Source of the DNA: Candidatus Nanopusillus acidilobi
Lineage (GTDB): Archaea; Nanobdellota; Nanobdellia; Nanobdellales; Nanobdellaceae
Assembly (NCBI GenBank): GCA_001552015.1
Contig: CP010514.1
Location: 1-32,000 of the forward strand
DNA length: 32,000 nucleotides
Direction of reading: 5' to 3'
This document shows positions 26,363 through 32,000 of the stretch, one piece after another. Both the position numbers and the translations under genes were made by a program. Each line of letters begins with the position of its first letter. Position 1 is the stretch's first letter. A model generated the notes under the pieces. That model was given only the letters and a program-made list of their open reading frames with translations. It was not told where the DNA came from and searched no databases.

Positions 26363-26452
26363 TGGGCCCGAGGGGACTCGAACCCCTGACCTCCGGCTTT
26401 CTTAGGAGCGTAGCCTTATAAGGCCGGCGCTCCACCTCTGAGCTACGGGCCC
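26363..26452 (-). tRNA. tRNA-Ile (anticodon UAU) with an 18-nt intron at the canonical 37/38 position (intron 26399-26416)
   Basis: The minus-strand read begins GGGCCCG-TA-GCTC-AGAGGTG-GAGC-G-CCGGC-CTTATA, followed by the intron AGGCTACGCTCCTAAGAA. It continues A-GCCGG-AGGTC-AGGGG-TTCGAGT-CCCCT-CGGGCCC-A. All stems are perfect. CTTA (32-35) pairs with the intron TAAG, giving a 4-bp helix flanked by 3-nt bulges TA|A and AA|A, which is bulge-helix-bulge geometry. Confidence 0.8.
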
Positions 26453-26482
26453 TTATACATAATTTCACTTATTAATTTTTTT

Positions 26483-28522
26483 ATGTCTTTTCTTATATGC
26501 GTTTTTTCTAATATAATATATATGGATGATACAAAGGAAGTTGAAATTTTGGATGCTGGATTTTTAGGACAAATTTTTGATGCTTCAAAAGAAGAAATTG
26601 AAAAATTTATTAAGGAAGAAGAAAAATCTATTGTATTAGATTATGAGAAAATAAAATCATATTTAAATAATAAACAATTAGATCTCCTATTAAATAAAAC
26701 AGAAAGTTTTCTAGAACAACTTAGTATATATTTTTCTGAAAGATTAGAGAGAAAGGTAAAGATAAGAATAAAAAACCTTCCTGAAAGTTTGAGATATTTA
26801 AGGATAAGGGATATTAGATCTGAACATAAGGATAAATTAATACAGGTTGAGGGTATAATAAAAATATCTTCAGAAGTAAGGCCTTTTATTATAAAAACAA
26901 AATATTTACATGAAGATTGTGGTGGAGAATTTTGGGTTGAAAATAAGAATTTTGTAATAGAAAAACCAAAGAAATGTCCTGTATGTGGTGGTACAAAGGG
27001 AAAATTTATTGAAACAGATCATGAAACAATAGATGTACAAAGATTATTAATTGAAGAACCTGCAGATCAAATTGAAAAAGGAGAACAACCTGCTCAAATT
27101 ACTGTAATATTAAAGGAAGACTTATGTGAACCTAGGATGGAAAGGAAAACATTACCTGGAATAAGGGTTAAAATATATGGAATTGTAAAAGAATTAAAAA
27201 ATTCAAATTTTAAAGCGATATTGGATTTATATATAGATGCAATTTATATTGAACCTGTAGATAAAGATGTTGAAGATATATCAATATCTCCAGAAGATGA
27301 AAGAAAAATAAAAGAATTGGCAAAATCTGCAGATGTATTAAGTTTGATTGCAAGTTCTGTTGCTCCAGGTTTATATGGAAAGCATTATGAAATAATTAAA
27401 AAAGCAATTGCATTACAATTGGTATCTGGTGGAAAAAGAAAAAGAAGTGTTGATGAAAGAAAAAATATACACATATTAATTTTAGGAGATCCTGGTGTAG
27501 GAAAATCAAAATTATTAAGATATGTATCAGAAATTGCTCCAAAATCAAAATATGTAGTTGGAATAACATCATCTTCTGTAGGTTTAACTGCATCTGTTAG
27601 AAAAGATGAAATATTTAAAGGTGGATGGGTATTGGAAGCTGGAGCTCTGGTATTAACTTCTGGAGGACTTGTATGTATTGATGAACTTGATAAATTATCT
27701 ACAGAGGAATTGCAATCTTTACATGAAGCAATGGAACAACAAACAATAACAATTGATAAAGCAAATATTCATGCAACATTGAGAACGGAAACATCAATTT
27801 TGGCAGCTGCGAATCCAAAATTTGGAAGATGGGATAAGATGAAAAGTATAGTTGATCAAATAGATTTACCACCAACAATAATTAATAGATTTGATTTAAT
27901 ATTTGTTCTTATAGATGAACCAAATCCTCAACAGGATGAGGCAATTGTTGATGAACTATTGAAAGGTTTGAAAGAAGAAAAGAAAGCACCATTGGATAAA
28001 GATCTATTAAGAAAATATATAATATATGCAAAGAAAATTGAACCTCAATGGACAACTGCAGCTTTAGATATTGTAAAGGATTTCTATATAAAGTTAAGAT
28101 CTAGTTCTGGGGAAGATACAATACCAATAACTACAAGACAATTAATGTCAATAATAAGAATAGCTGAAGCTTCTGCAAAAATAAGATTATCTCCAGTAGT
28201 TACTGAAGATGATGTAAATCTTGCAAAAGAATTATTATTATATAGTTTGAAAGAAGTTGGAATAAATCCAGAAACTAATAGATTAGATATAGATATAATA
28301 ATGTCTGGAATTTCTTCTACACAAAGACAAAAACTATCAAAGGTATTGGATATAATAAAAGATTTACAAAAAGATTTTCCTGATGGCGTTCCATTAAATG
28401 AAATATTAAATGAATCTAAGAAATATAATTTGGAAGAAGAAAAAGTAAAAGAAACAATTGAGAAATTATTAAAGGAAGGATATATATATGAATCTGGAGA
28501 TAAGAAATATAAAGCTGTATAA
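26483..28522 (+). CDS. mcm: MCM replicative helicase
   Basis: 679 aa. N-terminal Zn motif (HEDCGGEF...CPVCGG), Walker A GDPGVGKSK, Walker B CIDELDK, arginine-finger region SRFDLIF-type (NRFDLIFVL) and a C-terminal winged helix. The first 13 codons (MSFLICVFSNIIY) look non-native, so the ATG at 26522 (MDDTKEV...) is a plausible true start. Confidence 0.9.
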   Translation: MSFLICVFSNIIYMDDTKEVEILDAGFLGQIFDASKEEIEKFIKEEEKSIVLDYEKIKSYLNNKQLDLLLNKTESFLEQLSIYFSERLERKVKIRIKNLPESLRYLRIRDIRSEHKDKLIQVEGIIKISSEVRPFIIKTKYLHEDCGGEFWVENKNFVIEKPKKCPVCGGTKGKFIETDHETIDVQRLLIEEPADQIEKGEQPAQITVILKEDLCEPRMERKTLPGIRVKIYGIVKELKNSNFKAILDLYIDAIYIEPVDKDVEDISISPEDERKIKELAKSADVLSLIASSVAPGLYGKHYEIIKKAIALQLVSGGKRKRSVDERKNIHILILGDPGVGKSKLLRYVSEIAPKSKYVVGITSSSVGLTASVRKDEIFKGGWVLEAGALVLTSGGLVCIDELDKLSTEELQSLHEAMEQQTITIDKANIHATLRTETSILAAANPKFGRWDKMKSIVDQIDLPPTIINRFDLIFVLIDEPNPQQDEAIVDELLKGLKEEKKAPLDKDLLRKYIIYAKKIEPQWTTAALDIVKDFYIKLRSSSGEDTIPITTRQLMSIIRIAEASAKIRLSPVVTEDDVNLAKELLLYSLKEVGINPETNRLDIDIIMSGISSTQRQKLSKVLDIIKDLQKDFPDGVPLNEILNESKKYNLEEEKVKETIEKLLKEGYIYESGDKKYKAV

Positions 28523-28524
28523 AT

Positions 28525-29139
28525 ATGTATTTGCCAATATTTTCAAAAGATTTAAAGAATTATAAAGATAAAAAAGTAAGTTTAATTGGAAAAGTAATAG
28601 ATATACAAGAAGAAAAGAAATTAATTAGACTAAAATTATTAGATACATTCGGATTTTTTGATGTTGTTTTATTTGATATATATAATATTAAATTATTTGA
28701 TACTTTACTAATTTTAGGAAATGTTTCAGAATATAATAATAATTTTTCTGTAATTGCAAGATATGTAAGTATATTAAATGAAGATGATGAAATTATATGG
28801 AGAAAATTTTTCATTAAAAAAATGAAAAGAAATATAAAGAAAAATAATAAAGAAAATAAAATGGAAGAAAAAGATAGTGATGAGGATAATGTGAAAGAAA
28901 AAGAAGTAAAAAAAGAAATAGATAAGGAAGAATATGAAGAAGAATTACCTGAGGAAGTAAAATTAAGAAAACAAATTTTAGAATATATAAGAAATAATGA
29001 TAAAGGTGATGGAGTATCTTTAAAAGACATAGAAGATTTCTTTGATATAAGCGAAGAAAAGTTATCAAATATTATAATGGATTTATTATCTGCTGGAGAG
29101 ATTTATGAATCTTCGCCAGAAAAATATAAAGTTATATGA
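28525..29139 (+). CDS. OB-fold-like N-terminal domain + acidic/K-rich linker + C-terminal winged helix (RPA32/Stn1-like architecture); function unknown
   Basis: 204 aa. It starts 2 nt after the mcm stop. The N-terminus (KVSLIGKVIDIQEEKKLIRLKLLDTFGFFDVVLFD) looks like an OB beta-barrel. The C-terminal 60 aa align by eye with the MCM C-terminus (DGV-L--I ... EEK---I--LL--G-IYES---KYK). Confidence 0.45.
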   Translation: MYLPIFSKDLKNYKDKKVSLIGKVIDIQEEKKLIRLKLLDTFGFFDVVLFDIYNIKLFDTLLILGNVSEYNNNFSVIARYVSILNEDDEIIWRKFFIKKMKRNIKKNNKENKMEEKDSDEDNVKEKEVKKEIDKEEYEEELPEEVKLRKQILEYIRNNDKGDGVSLKDIEDFFDISEEKLSNIIMDLLSAGEIYESSPEKYKVI

Positions 29140-29564
29140 CACTAACATACGAAGAAATGTTAGATGAAGCATATAAGAAATTGGGTAGTATAAAAGTTTT
29201 ACATGGATCTATGTTGGGATCGATAAATATACCATTACCAAAAATAAATTATGTTGGAAAATGGACATCTATAGAAAATGCTGGAACAATTTGTGATATA
29301 GTAAATAGAGACATAAATTTATTGGCAGAATTTTTACAAAAGGAATTTAATGTTGCATCAAAAATTGAAGATAAGAAAATAATATTACAGAAAAGGATAG
29401 AATTTGATAAAATAAAGGCAAAGATAGATAAATTTATAGATATATTTGTTAGATGTCCAATATGTAAAAAGTTAGATACAAGATTGGAAAAGAGGGAAAG
29501 GGTATATATTATTAAATGCCTGGCCTGTGGTGCAGAAAGTCCTGTAATATATAAGTTAAAATGA
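29136..29564 (+). CDS. eif2b: Translation initiation factor aIF2 beta subunit
   Basis: 142 aa. N-terminal YEEMLDEAYKKL and a C-terminal zinc ribbon CPICKKLDT...CLACGA. ATGA overlap at both ends. Confidence 0.85.
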   Translation: MTLTYEEMLDEAYKKLGSIKVLHGSMLGSINIPLPKINYVGKWTSIENAGTICDIVNRDINLLAEFLQKEFNVASKIEDKKIILQKRIEFDKIKAKIDKFIDIFVRCPICKKLDTRLEKRERVYIIKCLACGAESPVIYKLK

Positions 29565-29848
29565 TATTGGTAAAAAAATATAGGGATAGTTATGGATATG
29601 CTCTAGTTTTATGTGATAAAAATTTATATGGAAAAAGATTTGAGGAAGGGGAATTTGTATTAGAATTAAATGAATTTTTTAAGGGAGAAGAAAAGGAAAA
29701 AATTGATGAAAAAGATTTTGAAGATATATATTTTATATATGCTGTTGGAGAAGAATCTGTAAATATATTAAAAGAGAAAAAAATAATTGAAGAAAAAGAT
29801 ATTAAAAGAATTGCAGGAATACCATATACTTTTGTTATATATTTATGA
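29561..29848 (+). CDS. Small conserved archaeal protein, DUF424-like
   Basis: 95 aa. The pattern LVLCDKNLYGKRFEEGEFVLELNEFFKGEE...AVGEESVNILKEKKII...IAGIPYTFV matches my recollection of DUF424. That family is often encoded near aIF2beta. Confidence 0.4.
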   Translation: MILVKKYRDSYGYALVLCDKNLYGKRFEEGEFVLELNEFFKGEEKEKIDEKDFEDIYFIYAVGEESVNILKEKKIIEEKDIKRIAGIPYTFVIYL

Positions 29849-30360
29849 AGAGGATTTGTCCATCCTGTGGAAGAGAAGTTGAAAAATTATATGATGGTTT
29901 ATGTTATGAATGTTATTTAAAAATAAATAAAAAAGAAGAGAAAAAAGAGAAAGTATATATATGTAAGTATTGTGGAAGAATAAAATATCATAATAAATGG
30001 TATAATAATCTTGATATAGAAAATTTTGAATATGAATATACTGTTTGTCCAAGATGTAAAGGTTTAATTAAAAAAGCAAATCTAATTTTACAAATAAGAG
30101 GATATAATAAAAATATTGAAGATGAAATATTAAAAATAGCAAAGAAAAATAGAGATATAATAAAAAAGGTAAATGAAATAAATGAAAATGATCTTGATAT
30201 ATATTTATATGTAGGAAAAAATAGGATAAAGAGCTATTATAATATATTAAAAAAATATGGGGAAGTAAAATTAAGTAAAAAATTGTTTAGCTATGATAAA
30301 AAAAGTGGAAATAAAAAATATATTGTAACAATATTACTAAGGGGTGAAGAAGATACATGA
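29845..30360 (+). CDS. NMD3-like zinc-ribbon protein (short archaeal form)
   Basis: 171 aa. Cys clusters CPSCG...LCYECY, CKYCGRIKYHNKW and CPRCKG resemble the NMD3 N-terminal domain. Confidence 0.45.
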   Translation: MKRICPSCGREVEKLYDGLCYECYLKINKKEEKKEKVYICKYCGRIKYHNKWYNNLDIENFEYEYTVCPRCKGLIKKANLILQIRGYNKNIEDEILKIAKKNRDIIKKVNEINENDLDIYLYVGKNRIKSYYNILKKYGEVKLSKKLFSYDKKSGNKKYIVTILLRGEEDT

Positions 30361-30536
30361 AAAACCTTATAAAAGTTTACATAATAATAAAGGGTATGGA
30401 CTGGGAAGACCTAAAAAGGAGGATAAAGGAACTGAGAATGAAAGAAGAGGATGAAGGAGAAGGTTGGGAAGAATATGAAGAAGAGGATTGGGATTTGGAA
30501 GAAGATTGGGACGAGGAAGGGGAAGATGAATGGTAA
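30357..30536 (+). CDS. 59-aa acidic, tryptophan-punctuated small protein, too short for the ORF track
   Basis: My translation is MKNLIKVYIIIKGMDWEDLKRRIKELRMKEEDEGEGWEEYEEEDWDLEEDWDEEGEDEW. ATGA overlap with the upstream gene. G+C is locally elevated. There are five D/E-W motifs, including the C-terminal residue. Confidence 0.4.
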   Translation: MKNLIKVYIIIKGMDWEDLKRRIKELRMKEEDEGEGWEEYEEEDWDLEEDWDEEGEDEW

Positions 30537-30568
30537 TTTATTAATGTTTAATTTATAATATTTTTTAA

Positions 30569-30874
30569 ATGTCTCTTTTCGAAGAAGAAGGAGTTCCTGT
30601 TCCTAAGGATAGGCAAGTTATAGGAATAATTGAGGAGGTTGTTGGTTGGGCACATGCAAGGGTAAGATGTTTTGATGGAAAAACAAGAATATGTAGAGTT
30701 CCACAAAATAAGAAAATGCATAAGAATATATGGTTAAAAAAGGGTACATATGTATTAGTAGAACCATGGGAGTTACAATCTGATAAAAAAGGAGATATAT
30801 TATATTCATATACAGATTCAGAAGTTGAATGGCTAAAAAAGAAAGGATATTTAAAGATTGAGGAAGAGTTTTAG
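30569..30874 (+). CDS. eif1a: Translation initiation factor aIF1A
   Basis: 101 aa. S1/OB core VIGIIEEVVGWAHARVRCFDGKTRICRVPQNKKMHKNIWLKKGTYVLVEPW is typical of eIF1A. Confidence 0.9.
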   Translation: MSLFEEEGVPVPKDRQVIGIIEEVVGWAHARVRCFDGKTRICRVPQNKKMHKNIWLKKGTYVLVEPWELQSDKKGDILYSYTDSEVEWLKKKGYLKIEEEF

Positions 30875-30944
30875 GGCCCGTAGTCTAGTGGCAGGACGGT
30901 GGGCTCCAGACCCATTGACGGGGGTTCGAATCCCCCCGGGCCCA
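30874..30944 (+). tRNA. tRNA-Trp (anticodon CCA), no intron
   Basis: The fold is GGGCCCG-TA-GTCT-AGTGGCA-GGAC-G-GTGGG-CTCCAGA-CCCAT-TGAC-GGGGG-TTCGAAT-CCCCC-CGGGCCC-A. It is a clean cloverleaf. Its first G is the last base of the aIF1A TAG stop codon. Confidence 0.9.
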
Positions 30945-30983
30945 AGACCGACTACTAAAAGATAATATAAAAAGGGTTTTAAA

Positions 30984-31172
30984 TTAAATATTGTAATTGT
31001 TTGATATATTGCCAAATGTTTGATTTAAAGCATTATTTGATGTATTTGATAAATTTTGTTGAGATGATGAGATTTTCAAAGTTTGAGGGACTACAAAAAT
31101 TATAACTACTACTAAAACAATAAGTCCAATTATTAAAAAAAATACAAAATCTATAGCATCAGATCTTTTCAT
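30984..31172 (-). CDS. Small N-terminally anchored secreted or pilin-like protein
   Basis: 62 aa. It has a short charged N-terminus, a roughly 22-aa hydrophobic helix, and an N/S/Q-rich tail with several N-x-S/T sequons (NLS, NTS, NQT, NIS). It resembles the neighbouring pilin-like ORF in layout. The prepilin cleavage motif is unclear. Confidence 0.4.
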   Translation of the reverse strand: MKRSDAIDFVFFLIIGLIVLVVVIIFVVPQTLKISSSQQNLSNTSNNALNQTFGNISNNYNI

Positions 31173-31210
31173 ATTTTAATTTATTATATAAAAGATGAAC
31201 TTATAAAAGA

Positions 31211-31576
31211 TTAGGATGGGCACACCAACTCATCACCCATGGTTGTGCAAGTTATAGTTGTAGTCGTAGTTATAATCGTAGACGTAAATTCTCCATTCTC
31301 CCCCACTCCATAAGACGTAGTTGTAGTCGTAGTTGTAATTATAGTTGTAGAATATTGGGATGAGCTAGATCCGCCGTTTACTTGATTTGATATATTATTT
31401 ATTGCTTGACCTGTTTGATTTGTTTGATTCAATGTTGGATTTAATACATTTTGTGTTCCAGTTATTCCCTTAGAAAATGTACCTGTAAAGAATAATACTA
31501 CAACTATTAAGGCAACAAGTGCTATTATCAATATAATAATTGTATTAATTGCTATGGATTGGCCTTTCTTTACCAT
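31211..31576 (-). CDS. Archaeal type IV pilin-like protein (class III signal peptide) with poly-Thr repeats
   Basis: 121 aa. MVKKGQS followed by the hydrophobic IAINTIIILIIALVALIVVVLFF fits a KG|Q class III signal. The N/Q/T-rich region contains sequons. There are two TIITTTTT(T) blocks and a C-terminal Cys pair. Confidence 0.6.
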   Translation of the reverse strand: MVKKGQSIAINTIIILIIALVALIVVVLFFTGTFSKGITGTQNVLNPTLNQTNQTGQAINNISNQVNGGSSSSQYSTTIITTTTTTTSYGVGENGEFTSTIITTTTTITCTTMGDELVCPS

Positions 31577-31594
31577 AAATTTTTATACAATTTC

Positions 31595-31616
31595 TATATT
31601 TTTAAATTTTTTATAA
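31595..31616 (+). promoter_or_regulatory. Putative argS promoter, TATATTTTTAAA + TTTTTTATAA, 12 nt before the ATG
   Basis: Same architecture and spacing as the elements at 5-24, 13931-13950 and 22749-22767. Confidence 0.35.
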
Positions 31617-31628
31617 AAGATTAATTTT

Positions 31629-32000
31629 ATGTGGATATTAAGAGAAAAATTAAAAGATTATGATATAGAATTTTCTGAACCTCCAAAAAATTTAGATTAT
31701 GATATATCTATTAAATTATTCAAAGAAATAAAAAAAGGAAAAGATCCAAATATATTAGTAAATGAAATAATTGAAAAAATAAAAGAATTTGTTTCGGATT
31801 ATAAGTTTTTAAATGGATATTTAAATATTAAATTGAATAAAGAAAAATTATTAGAAAACTATAGAAAATTATTTGATTTTGAAAAAAAGAATATTAGAGT
31901 ATTTTTAGAGCATACATCTGCAAATCCAAATAAAGCATTACATATAGGTCATTTAAGAAATTCAATGATTGGAGATTCTTTATATAGATTGTTTAAAACA
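31629..32000 (+). CDS. argS: Arginyl-tRNA synthetase (N-terminal part; continues beyond the window)
   Basis: The open frame runs to the window end. The class I HIGH region is HTSANPNKALHIGHLRNSMIGDSL, as in ArgRS. Confidence 0.85.
   Translation, partial: MWILREKLKDYDIEFSEPPKNLDYDISIKLFKEIKKGKDPNILVNEIIEKIKEFVSDYKFLNGYLNIKLNKEKLLENYRKLFDFEKKNIRVFLEHTSANPNKALHIGHLRNSMIGDSLYRLFKT

Noticed and set aside
27396-30809. Antisense ORFs inside mcm, the OB/winged-helix gene, the NMD3-like gene and aIF1A (27396-27593, 28560-29030, 28814-29068, 29843-30052, 30618-30809).
   Set aside because: The S/F/L-rich products mirror the K/E-rich sense strand. The 156-aa ORF at 28560-29030 is simply the antisense of the acidic/K-rich linker.
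1-32000. Search for CRISPR arrays, rRNA genes, transposases/integrases, toxin-antitoxin pairs or recognisable defence-system genes.
   Set aside because: There are no regularly spaced repeats. The only notable direct repeat has two copies 1.7 kb apart. There are no rRNA-like GC-rich blocks. No ORF has integrase, transposase, nuclease-helicase or Cas-like motifs. The PIN domain at 3209 belongs to the conserved PIN-ATPase-KH housekeeping protein and is not a VapC toxin.

Overview
This is a very AT-rich, compact archaeal chromosome segment. My hand counts of single 60-nt lines give about 18% G+C in typical coding sequence. The tRNA genes are GC-rich, which suggests a thermophile. Genes are packed almost end to end, and many junctions are ATGA start/stop overlaps. 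The content is mostly core information processing. It includes Orc1/Cdc6, the PolD small subunit, Rpo11, a PIN-ATPase, ABCE1, an NFACT-N (Rqc2-like) protein, topoisomerase IA, Tmk and aCPSF1. It also includes proteasome beta, TBP, IleRS, EF-1alpha, MCM, aIF2beta, an NMD3-like protein, aIF1A, tRNA-Trp and partial ArgRS. Envelope and accessory genes are a permease-methyltransferase fusion, a GH1-like hydrolase, PAP2, a DsbA-like protein and pilin-like proteins. The small-genome style and a tRNA-Ile(UAU) fit a Nanoarchaeota/DPANN-like symbiont, but that is inference only. The main anomaly is a roughly 2.3 kb compositional island at 24151-26362, with 37-43% G+C in the lines I counted. It carries a DHA2/EmrB-type MFS transporter with different codon and amino-acid usage. 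It lies between a tRNA-like 3-prime fragment and an intron-containing tRNA-Ile(UAU). Inside it are a 20-nt direct repeat, a 13-nt inverted repeat and an operator-like palindrome. I read this as a decayed, horizontally acquired cassette, possibly from a crenarchaeal host, targeted to a tRNA. Secondary points are an OB-fold/winged-helix protein next to MCM whose C-terminus matches the MCM C-terminus, and three plausible ORFs too short for the ORF track. There is also a tRNA-Trp overlapping the aIF1A stop codon and a recurrent bipartite promoter at fixed spacing. No similarity searches were run, so all family calls rest on motifs I recognised by eye.
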